Below, piece after piece: positions 56,763-64,000 of a stretch of DNA of 64,000 bases. The notes under the pieces are model-generated. The model made no database searches. It was not told where the DNA came from and was given only the letters and a program-made list of their open reading frames with translations. Position 1 is the stretch's first letter. The number at the start of each line of letters is the position of its first letter. The translations under genes were made by a program, and so were the position numbers. This stretch comes from Methanobacteriota archaeon. GTDB taxonomy: Archaea > Thermoplasmatota > Thermoplasmata > RBG-16-68-12. The stretch lies in NCBI GenBank assembly GCA_005878525.1, contig VBMB01000135.1:39-64038 (forward strand), given 5' to 3'.

Positions 56763-56978
56763 GTGAACGGGTCGCGACTCATTCTGCGAGCGGCCCTCAT
56801 CACGGCCGCGTTCGCCGCGGTGGACGGCGTGATCCTCTACTTCGGCACACAGCCTTCCTGGACCTTCCTCCACCGATGGGTTCTGATGGTCGCAGGCGTC
56901 GGGTCCGGAATCGGATGGGCGGCCTTCATGATGAGCACGGGCCATTCGATTAGACGCATGTCCAGCGGCTTCAAATGA
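56763..56978 (+). CDS. Small 2-TM membrane protein
   Basis: 71 aa with two hydrophobic helices. Confidence 0.5.
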   Translation: MNGSRLILRAALITAAFAAVDGVILYFGTQPSWTFLHRWVLMVAGVGSGIGWAAFMMSTGHSIRRMSSGFK

Positions 56979-57474
56979 AATCCGCTTGCGCGCGGACCAC
57001 GCCCGCGCTGTCTTCGGCCTCCGCGTAGGCATCGAGCGGCTCTTGGTTCAGCGCCAAGAACTGTCCACCCCACGTGAACTTCGAGAGGATCGCACGCGCC
57101 TCCTCCGGGCGGCCGAAGATGACGAGCGCCGCGGCCAACGCCTCGACGGAAGACAGGACGAACGGCTTTCCGTAGTTCACCGGGTTCGCGGCCAAGAGAT
57201 AGGGCAGCGCCCGGGCCACGGCTTGAGGGACCATGGGGAACTTCCCGCGCTTCCACGAGACGTCGACGATGGCGAGGCCGCGACGTTCCGCGCGCGGCCC
57301 GTCTGCGGGAGACAGCGCGCGATCCGCCTCGGGCGTCAAGAGGACGGCGCCGTTCGGCAAGGCCGATGGACGGGGGACGAAGGTCATCAGGCCTAACCGT
57401 CCGAGTCGGCGGGACGTGCACTTCTTCGGGTCGCATTGCCCGGCGTGGTATGCGACGAGGCGAATCGGCCGCAT
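56971..57474 (-). CDS. tsr3: 16S rRNA aminocarboxypropyltransferase Tsr3
   Basis: QCDPKKCT, LSPAD, DVSW, RALPYLLAANPVNYGKP, LSSVEA, FTWG..FL.LN. Confidence 0.95.
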   Translation of the reverse strand: MRPIRLVAYHAGQCDPKKCTSRRLGRLGLMTFVPRPSALPNGAVLLTPEADRALSPADGPRAERRGLAIVDVSWKRGKFPMVPQAVARALPYLLAANPVNYGKPFVLSSVEALAAALVIFGRPEEARAILSKFTWGGQFLALNQEPLDAYAEAEDSAGVVRAQADFI

Positions 57475-57484
57475 AGAGGCTCTC

Positions 57485-58306
57485 CTAGGTTTTCGTGAAC
57501 TCGGCGTAGAGCTGGAGCCCGAGCGGGAGCGGCCGGGTCCCCAGACGCGCCACGGAGCGCGACAAGGCCCGCGGGGTGATCTTCATCACGCGATCCGGGA
57601 GCGGGATCCGGTACGTGTAGCCCAGGTCCATCCGAAGGCCCGCGCGGGAGCCCAGGACCACGAGTTCGCGAAGCGTGAAGCCTTCTCGGCGGTGGCGGTC
57701 CGGATGGCCCGCAGACCCCGCGGCCGCGTGGTTATGCAGGAGGTCTGGGTGCAACGTCTCCTGCGTCATGGAGGCGGCGAGCCGCGACACCGCGGCGTCC
57801 GGGAGAAACCGCAGGATCCGATACGGCAGGGCCTGCGCATTCGGCGTCGTCATGAAGAATCGTCCTCCGGGTCGCAGGACACGAGTGGCCTCGGATAGCA
57901 TGCGCCCCGGTTCGTCGACGTGCTCCAGGACTTCCGTGGCCGCGACCGCGTCGAACGACTCGTCCCGATACGGCAGGGCTTCGGCGTCCGCGCGGACGAT
58001 CTGCACGCGCGCCGCGGCCGCCGGATCCCGCGCCGCCTTCTTCGCGCGCACGGAGGAGACGCGTGCCTCGAGGATGTCCATCGCCACGACGTCAAAGCCG
58101 GCACTCTCGGACAACGTGAGGGAGAGGGCGCCATGGCCGCAGCCGATGTCGAGCACTCGCGTATGCGCCCGCTGACCCGATGCCACAATGCCGGTCGCGA
58201 GGAGTCGCTGTCGCGAGAAATATTCCCACTTGACATACTCGGACGGCTGGATGAGATCGATGAGGACGCGGTCAATGCGGTCCTCCCCCGGCGTCCGAGG
58301 CTTCAC
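57485..58306 (-). CDS. Class I SAM-dependent methyltransferase (type 11-like)
   Basis: VLDIGCGHG, DAEALPY.DESFD, EVLEHV, LRPGG..TTPN; start chosen downstream of TATA CCTATATG. Confidence 0.88.
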   Translation of the reverse strand: MKPRTPGEDRIDRVLIDLIQPSEYVKWEYFSRQRLLATGIVASGQRAHTRVLDIGCGHGALSLTLSESAGFDVVAMDILEARVSSVRAKKAARDPAAAARVQIVRADAEALPYRDESFDAVAATEVLEHVDEPGRMLSEATRVLRPGGRFFMTTPNAQALPYRILRFLPDAAVSRLAASMTQETLHPDLLHNHAAAGSAGHPDRHRREGFTLRELVVLGSRAGLRMDLGYTYRIPLPDRVMKITPRALSRSVARLGTRPLPLGLQLYAEFTKT

Positions 58307-58411
58307 GGATGGCGCGGAAGCGGCGCGTGCGCCATATAGGTGTCGCAACCCGTGGCCCCCTCCTGGCCCTTCGGCACAAAACGTATGACCCTAGCCGGCG
58401 TTCCTTCCGAT

Positions 58412-58470
58412 GCCACCGTGATGATTGAACCGACGCTGATCCGTGATGAATGATGGGCGATCTGAGTGGC
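58412..58470 (+). ncRNA. Box C/D 2'-O-methylation guide sRNA
   Basis: GCCAC stem, C GTGATGA, 11-nt guide, D' CTGA, C' GTGATGA, 12-nt guide, D CTGA, GTGGC stem. Confidence 0.9.
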
Positions 58471-58528
58471 CTCGATTTGTCAACGCGGCGCGTCGCGTGC
58501 AGGGATGTTTTAATAGCGAGGTACGCCG

Positions 58529-59023
58529 ATGGGATTTCGGGATGCGCTCATGGTGAGCGGTTTCGACCTCCTCGGGCATAACCGCACGTTTCAAGTGCAT
58601 TGGCTGAAGCGAGTCGTCGCGTTCTTCTTGGACCTGATCACGGTCTTCGCCCCGCTCTGGTCGTTCCTCTACCTCGAAGGCGTCCGGGCGCCGTGGGTCT
58701 ACGGCGTCGCCGGTGGCGTCGTGCTGTACGCCTATTCGACCTTCTCGGAGGCGATCACTCGCACGACCGTCGGGAAGTTCATCGTGGGCCTCGAGGTCCG
58801 ATCCCTTCGCGGGCCGATGAGCTTGTCAAAAGCCGCCGTGCGGAACTTCCCGAAGCTGTTCTGGTTCGCCTTCCCTCTCCTCGACACCCTCGCAGGTCTC
58901 GTCGTCGATGGAGATCCGCGACAGCGGTGGTCCGACAAGATCCTCGGGACCACGGTGGCCCAGTCCCACCTGATCCATGTCCGCGTCCACCCGATCGAGG
59001 CGAGCGACGCCGGCGGGAGATAG
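58529..59023 (+). CDS. RDD family membrane protein
   Basis: KRVVAFFLD, TVGK..VGLEV, A.VRN, QRWSD...GTTV. Confidence 0.9.
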   Translation: MGFRDALMVSGFDLLGHNRTFQVHWLKRVVAFFLDLITVFAPLWSFLYLEGVRAPWVYGVAGGVVLYAYSTFSEAITRTTVGKFIVGLEVRSLRGPMSLSKAAVRNFPKLFWFAFPLLDTLAGLVVDGDPRQRWSDKILGTTVAQSHLIHVRVHPIEASDAGGR

Positions 59024-59075
59024 CCGCACCGCACGGTTATATAGCGTCGGCTCCTGATGCGCCTTCAGTGACGCC

Positions 59076-59330
59076 ATGCTCTTTGTGACGCAGCTCAAGG
59101 TCCTCCCCGGACAGTGGGAGGACGCGACCCGCCTGTTCAAGCACCCGAAGATCCCGAACAACGTCATGGTCCACGAGTTCCTCGGACTGCTCGGCAAGCC
59201 CGACGCGCTCGTGATTTTCGAAGCCGTCGACGCCGCGACGGCGGCCGACTTCATGGTCCAGTTCAGCCGCGTGACGGATGCGACCACCTCGCTCGCGCTG
59301 CCGATCGAAGAGTTCAAGTGGACCTGGTAA
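59076..59330 (+). CDS. Small GYD/ferredoxin-like fold protein
   Basis: LLGKPDALVIFEA.D..TA, TTS.A..IEEF; 84 aa. Confidence 0.7.
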   Translation: MLFVTQLKVLPGQWEDATRLFKHPKIPNNVMVHEFLGLLGKPDALVIFEAVDAATAADFMVQFSRVTDATTSLALPIEEFKWTW

Positions 59331-59361
59331 CCGCGTCCCGGGGCCGGGGATCACCTCGGGT

Positions 59362-59449
59362 GAGCAAACAGGAAAAGCGCTAGTGTCGCCTTGGAGGGAG
59401 AGGGTTGACGACACCAGCGCAACATCGTAACCGGCGAAATGCCGGGTCC
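59362..59449 (-). ncRNA. Candidate small RNA with CCCUCUCCCUCC hairpin loop
   Basis: Minus-strand TATA TTAATAT (59479-59473); hairpin CCGGC-ATTTC-GCCGG; 12-bp stem GCGCTGGTGTCG/CGACACTAGCGC (one G.U) around a CU-rich loop; TTTTCCTGTTT tail. Confidence 0.6.
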
Positions 59450-59580
59450 GACGTCCCTTCCAAGGGGCGGGCATATTAACGGGTTATTGTACGCTGGTGA
59501 AAGGAGAGCGGGCCACGAGCCCGCAAGCTCGAGAAGAAAGAAAAGAGAAAGGGGAAGAGGGTTGGGGGTTTGTCGGCCGC

Positions 59581-60045
59581 CTACGTCAGGGCGTGTGCGT
59601 ACAGGATTCCCTGGGAGTCGGCAATCTGCACCGCGTACCCGCTCGGGTACGTGGTCGTGCTGATCAAGACCCGGTCTCCGACGACGATGGTCGTGCCTCC
59701 GGTCCCGACGAACTGGGCCCTGTTGGTGTTCCACGAGGCCGACGTCAGGGATGCGAAGGCGGTGGGGCTGAGCGACGTCAAACCTCCCGAGGTGGTGATC
59801 GTCAGCTTAACGGCCGACGTCGTCAGGCCACTCGGTGTCGTCGTGATCAACAGCGTCCAGTTCGTTCCATCGCCGGATCTCCCGATATTGACACCCATCA
59901 CACGAGGTCCTTGACCCGTGGGCGTCAGCAGGCCGGATACCATCACGTACAGCACCGCGGCCAGCACGACCGTAATCGCGACCATCAGGATGGTCGCAAT
60001 CACGGGCGACACGGCTGCCTCATCCTTTCGGATGATGCTCTTCAT
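59581..60045 (-). CDS. Archaeal type IV pilin, copy 1
   Basis: Class III signal MKSIIRKDEAA/VSPVIATILMVAITVVLAAVLY; SD CAGGAGG; NWT sequon. Confidence 0.93.
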   Translation of the reverse strand: MKSIIRKDEAAVSPVIATILMVAITVVLAAVLYVMVSGLLTPTGQGPRVMGVNIGRSGDGTNWTLLITTTPSGLTTSAVKLTITTSGGLTSLSPTAFASLTSASWNTNRAQFVGTGGTTIVVGDRVLISTTTYPSGYAVQIADSQGILYAHALT

Positions 60046-60209
60046 GGTTCTGTCCTCCTGCGGCTTGCGCCGCCATCTCGGCACGGGGGAACCGACGCTC
60101 TTAAACGTGTCGTGGTTAATATTCGAAGTTGAGAACGAACGGATCGGGTACGCGCGGGAAATGGAAAGGAAAGAGAAAAGGGAAGAAGGTTGGGGGCTGG
60201 ATGCTGAGC

Positions 60210-60674
60210 CTAGCCCAGGGCGTGTGCGTACAGGATTCCCTGGGAGTCGGCGATCTGCACGCCGTACCCGCTCGGGTACGTGGTCGTGCTGATCAGGAGC
60301 CGGTCTCCGACGACGACGGTCGTGCCTCCGGTCCCGACGAACTGGGCCCTGTTGGCGTTCCACGAGGCCGACGTCAAAGACGAGAGGGCGATCGGGTTGA
60401 GCGCCGTCAGGCCGCCGGTTGTCGTGATCGTCAGCTTAACGGCCGACGTCGTCAGGCCACTCGGTGTCGTCGTGATCAACAGCGTCCAGTTCGTTCCGTC
60501 TCCAGACGTGCCGATATTGACACCCATCACACGAGGTCCTTGACCCGTGGGCGTCAGCAGGCCGGATACCATCACGTACAGCACCGCGGCCAGCACGACC
60601 GTAATCGCGACCATCAGGATGGTCGCAATCACAGGCGACACGGCTGCCTCATCCTTTCGGATGATGCTCTTCAT
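60210..60674 (-). CDS. Archaeal type IV pilin, copy 2
   Basis: Same length and signal as copy 1; 12 aa differences. Confidence 0.93.
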   Translation of the reverse strand: MKSIIRKDEAAVSPVIATILMVAITVVLAAVLYVMVSGLLTPTGQGPRVMGVNIGTSGDGTNWTLLITTTPSGLTTSAVKLTITTTGGLTALNPIALSSLTSASWNANRAQFVGTGGTTVVVGDRLLISTTTYPSGYGVQIADSQGILYAHALG

Positions 60675-60850
60675 GGTTCTGTCCTCCTGCGGCTTGCGCC
60701 GCCATCTCGGCACGGGGGAACCGACGCTCTTAAACGTGTCGTGGTTAATATTCGAAGTTGAGAACGAGTTCATAAGAGCTAGCGCCGCCAGAGGAAAGTG
60801 CCTCACTGCGGAGGGCGTCCGACGCGGGCGAGACTGACGCCATCGGCGGC

Positions 60851-61426
60851 TCAGACCCCGAGTTCGAGGGCTTCATCGGACACGAGCACGAGCATGTTCC
60901 GGATCTCCTCCGTCTCGTATTCCTGCATCGAGATGATGACGGTGTAGGCGCCGCGGGCGCGCAGGTTGTTCACCAGGATGTGGAGGAACTCGCTCAGGAT
61001 CTTCGTGTTGTTATGGATCGCGAGGCTGTTGATCGAGTCCAGCACGACGAGGGCGTTCCGGTCCGGGTTCTTGCGGAGGAGGAACTCGACCTTCAGCATG
61101 ATGTTCTCGAGCATCGTCGGACTCTCGACGACGATCGAGTGGGGATGGCGCTTCGCCTGGGACATCATGATCTGCGTGATGCAGTCGACGAACCAGATGT
61201 GCTCCACCGGGATCTCGAGGGCCTCCATCGCGTTCAGGATGCTCTGGCTCGGGATCGTCGACGTCACGTAGACGACCTCGAGGTCCTTCTTCGTCGCGAA
61301 CCGGTCGATCAAGCCTTGGATCGCGTCGAAATATTGATCCGCTTTCAGGTGAAGCGCGACGGCGGACGCGACCGGCAAGGCGGAAAGCTTCTCCGAGACC
61401 TCGGCCGGGATGCTCTGTTCAGCCAC
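60851..61426 (-). CDS. Degenerate RecA/KaiC-fold protein (DUF835-like), no Walker A
   Basis: VVYVT, WFVDC, VVLDSINSLAIHN, FLHILVNNLR, LVSD; overlaps upstream ATPase. Confidence 0.75.
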   Translation of the reverse strand: MAEQSIPAEVSEKLSALPVASAVALHLKADQYFDAIQGLIDRFATKKDLEVVYVTSTIPSQSILNAMEALEIPVEHIWFVDCITQIMMSQAKRHPHSIVVESPTMLENIMLKVEFLLRKNPDRNALVVLDSINSLAIHNNTKILSEFLHILVNNLRARGAYTVIISMQEYETEEIRNMLVLVSDEALELGV

Positions 61427-62186
61427 TTCCGGTCACGCTCCCGCCTTTCAGCAACGGCACGAGCAACACGCCGGACGTCGTGAGGTCGAGGACGTACTTC
61501 GCTCGACTGTGGGTCGTGCCCCGCATCTTGACGACCTGCAACGTCCGGAGGAGATCGCCGCGACGCTCGAGGTTCCCCGTCACGATCACGCCGTCGGCGA
61601 GGGCTTCCTCGACCCCCCAGCGGGAATAGCCTTCCTCCGTGGAACGGATCTCCGACACGAGAAGCGAGGTGCATCCCTTCGCGCTCAGGACCGTCCCGAG
61701 GCGGAGCAGGAAGTCCCGGATCCGCTCCTGGTCCTTGATCCGGTAGCAGACGGACGTGACGGAATCGAGGACGAGCCGGCGGATCTTCTGCTCTTCAACG
61801 ATGGAGGCGATGCGGCTGGCGAGGAGGCGGGCCTCCTTGAAGTCCATGTCTTCCTTATCGATGCCGAGCTCCTCGTAGATCTTCGGCATGTCGACGAACT
61901 GGAGCTTCCCCTGCTTCGCGAGACGGTCGTCGAAGAAGTCGAACGGGATGACGTTCTTGAGGAGCTTGTCGGTCGGCTCCGTGACGCTCAGGTAGAGGCT
62001 GTTCTCGCCCTCGAGCGCGCCGCGGATCAGGAACTCGATACAGATCGAGGTCTTCCCGGTGCCGACGGAACCGGAAATCAGGACGGTGTTCCCGCGCGGG
62101 ATGCCTCCATTCAGAATATGATCGATCGCATCGATGCCGGTGACGCATCGCTCACGCTCGCCGTCGTCGCGCTCCATCGTGGGCAT
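61419..62186 (-). CDS. KaiC/RAD55-like ATPase
   Basis: TGIDAID.ILNGGIP, GSVGTGKT, RLVLDS, LADG, LQVVKMRGT.H. Confidence 0.93.
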   Translation of the reverse strand: MPTMERDDGERERCVTGIDAIDHILNGGIPRGNTVLISGSVGTGKTSICIEFLIRGALEGENSLYLSVTEPTDKLLKNVIPFDFFDDRLAKQGKLQFVDMPKIYEELGIDKEDMDFKEARLLASRIASIVEEQKIRRLVLDSVTSVCYRIKDQERIRDFLLRLGTVLSAKGCTSLLVSEIRSTEEGYSRWGVEEALADGVIVTGNLERRGDLLRTLQVVKMRGTTHSRAKYVLDLTTSGVLLVPLLKGGSVTGSG

Positions 62187-62286
62187 CGATTCAGGCAACA
62201 AACTTGGGGCGCGCTATAAGAGATGAACGCGCTGATTATCAGGTCTGAAAGCAGGGCCGGGCTCACGGATTCGGGAGCGACTGAGT

Positions 62287-62310
62287 GGTCAACCTTGTTT
62301 AAGGTTAACT
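62287..62310. promoter_or_regulatory. Imperfect palindrome GGTCAACCT-tgttta-AGGTTAACT, second copy of the 10563 site
   Basis: 21/24 nt identical to 10566-10589. Confidence 0.65.
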
Positions 62311-62311
62311 C

Positions 62312-62959
62312 TCACCCGTGGACGACCTTGAACGCATGGTCCCATCGATTCGTGGCGGAGCCGACCAGAGCCCAGAGGGGCACGAGCGCTTCGATCCAAC
62401 GAGCCCCTTCGATCCCGCCGACGTCGATGGCCCCGGGCCAGCCGAACTCTTTCAGGATCCCGACGACCTGCTTCTTCGCGGCCGCATCGTTCCCGGCGAT
62501 CAGCATCTCCGGAGCGCCTCCGACGAACTTCGGGTCGACCATCTGCGTGTTGGGGACCGTGTTGAAGGCTTTCACGACCTTCGCTCCGGGCAGCGCCCGC
62601 TGCACTCGCTCGGCGAGAGAGTCGTTGAGCCCGACGAACAGGCCGGGGTTCGGTCCCCCGGAGAACTCGAGCGCATTCTGTACGTCGATGACGACTTTGC
62701 CCACGAAGTTCTTCGGCCCCGCGAGGCGCGCGACCTCGTCGAACGCGAATCCGCGCGTCGCAATCACGATCGTCTCACCATGTCGTGCGGCCTCCTCGAA
62801 CGTGCCGGTGGAGGCTTTCCCTTTCACCTCTTTCAGCCACGTCGTGAGAGCCTCGCTCTTCGGAGTCCGCGAGCCCAATTTCACATCGTGTCCGCGGCCC
62901 GCAAAACCGCGACCCAGTGCCTGACCGACATCGCTGCTTCCCAAAACGCCCACGCGCAT
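62312..62959 (-). CDS. NADP oxidoreductase of the F420H2:NADP+ reductase-like family
   Basis: GVLGSSDVG, LGSRTP, VIDVQN, SLAE, VVKAFNT, AGND..AK, DVG. Confidence 0.88.
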   Translation of the reverse strand: MRVGVLGSSDVGQALGRGFAGRGHDVKLGSRTPKSEALTTWLKEVKGKASTGTFEEAARHGETIVIATRGFAFDEVARLAGPKNFVGKVVIDVQNALEFSGGPNPGLFVGLNDSLAERVQRALPGAKVVKAFNTVPNTQMVDPKFVGGAPEMLIAGNDAAAKKQVVGILKEFGWPGAIDVGGIEGARWIEALVPLWALVGSATNRWDHAFKVVHG

Positions 62960-63080
62960 GGGGGCGCCGAGGGCGAGCGTTCCTTTTCCGCCTTTGGGTG
63001 GAGTGGTCGCTCAGTCAAACGGGTCGCGACGCCGCGGGAGTCGTTACGTTTTTAAGATGAGGGCGAGGTAAGCACGGTCC

Positions 63081-64000
63081 ATGGAGCCGGTCCTCCAGGT
63101 CGCTTTGGACCACATGCATCTGAAGCGGGCGCTCCTCGCCGCGAAGGAGGCGGTCGAGGGCGGCGCGGACTGGCTCGAAGCCGGGACGCCACTCGTCAAG
63201 TCCGAAGGCATCGAGGTCGTCCGGCAACTCAAGAAGTCGTTCCCCGGCAAGACGATCGTCGCAGACCTCAAGACGATGGACACGGGTGCGTTTGAGGTGG
63301 AGATTGCGGCGAAGGCCGGTGCCGACGTCATCACGGTCATGGGCGTCACCGACGACGCGACGATCTTGGAGGCCGTCCGCGCGGCCCGGCGGTACGGCTC
63401 GAAGATCATGGTCGATCTGATGCGTGTGGCCGACAAACCGGCCCGGGCGAAGGAACTCGAGAAGCTCGGCGTGGATTATCTGAACATGCACGTGTCGATC
63501 GACGAACAGATGATTGCGCACACGCCGCTCCAGGAATTGAAGGCGGTGGCCGCGGCGACGTCGATCCCCGTCGCCGTCGCGGGCGGCCTGAACTCCGAGA
63601 CCGTGGGCGAAGCGCTGAAGGCGGGTGCCTCGATCGTCATCGTCGGCGGCGCGATCATCAAGGCCGAGAACGTCGCGGAGGCCACGCGGACCATCAAGAA
63701 GGCCATCCACCAGAGAAAATCGATCCCGACGGGCCTTTACAAGAAGTACACGGATGCCGATGTGGGCGAAGCGTTCCGCCAAGTGTCCACGCCGAACCTC
63801 GCGGATGCGATGCAGAAACGCGGCGTGATGACAGGCCTCGTGCCCCGGATCAAGCATGGCACGAAGCTCGTCGGTCGGGCATTGACCGTCAAGACCGCGG
63901 ACGGCGACTGGGCGAAACCCGTCGAGGCGATCGACCGCGCGAAGTCCGGCGACGTGATCGTGATCGACGTCGGCGGTGGGCCGACGGCGGTCTGGGGCGA
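63081..64000 (+). CDS. hps: 3-hexulose-6-phosphate synthase fused to an RraA/HMG-aldolase-like domain (3' end beyond window)
   Basis: LQVALD, EAGTPLVKSEG, ADLKTMDTG, AVAGG, IVGGAI; then STPNLADAM, GRALTV..DGDW, GDVIVID. Confidence 0.9.
   Translation, partial: MEPVLQVALDHMHLKRALLAAKEAVEGGADWLEAGTPLVKSEGIEVVRQLKKSFPGKTIVADLKTMDTGAFEVEIAAKAGADVITVMGVTDDATILEAVRAARRYGSKIMVDLMRVADKPARAKELEKLGVDYLNMHVSIDEQMIAHTPLQELKAVAAATSIPVAVAGGLNSETVGEALKAGASIVIVGGAIIKAENVAEATRTIKKAIHQRKSIPTGLYKKYTDADVGEAFRQVSTPNLADAMQKRGVMTGLVPRIKHGTKLVGRALTVKTADGDWAKPVEAIDRAKSGDVIVIDVGGGPTAVWG

Larger units (their letters stand above)
59581..60767. repeat. Tandem duplication (period 629 bp) of pilin gene plus ~93 bp upstream region
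   Basis: 59581-60138 and 60210-60767 are near-identical, including SD and TATA-like GTTTAAG. Confidence 0.95.

Noticed and set aside
59581..60767. Diversity-generating retroelement TR/VR pair
   Set aside because: Both copies are complete genes with promoters, differences are not adenine-specific, and no reverse transcriptase is present

Overview
GC-rich archaeal chromosomal segment. Gene content fits an uncultured Thermoplasmata (Thermoplasmatota) lineage: TBP, proteasome/exosome superoperon without L14e/L34e, folate-dependent purN/purH/folD/metF, an AGT-EndoV fusion and a giant multi-domain AglB. This placement is inferred, not computed. Most of the window is housekeeping: ftsZ-pop5-psmA-SBDS-rrp4/41/42-rpl37ae-rpoP-pcc1-pfdB-DUF106-cmk-cbf5, ribB-ribL-ribC-ribH, metG, purine/C1 genes, aglB, tsr3 and hps. 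The unexplained layer has seven parts. (1) Three candidate small RNAs carry CCCUCC anti-Shine-Dalgarno seeds; two are tandem twins with an identical 29-nt 5' end. (2) Four single-domain KaiC/RAD55-like ATPases occur, including a KaiC-roadblock-V4R-like/V4R-like operon whose last two genes are a Cys-rich and a Cys-poor paralogue. (3) A shared ~24-bp palindrome lies upstream of two kaiC-like operons 52 kb apart. (4) The initiator tRNA has two BHB introns, and an orphan tRNA 5' fragment precedes tRNA-Ser. (5) There is a textbook C/D-box sRNA. (6) A type IV pilin gene is tandemly duplicated with clustered substitutions. (7) Several microproteins and non-canonical (CTG/ACG) starts are missed by the ORF track. 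Family assignments come from motif recognition by eye; no database search was run.
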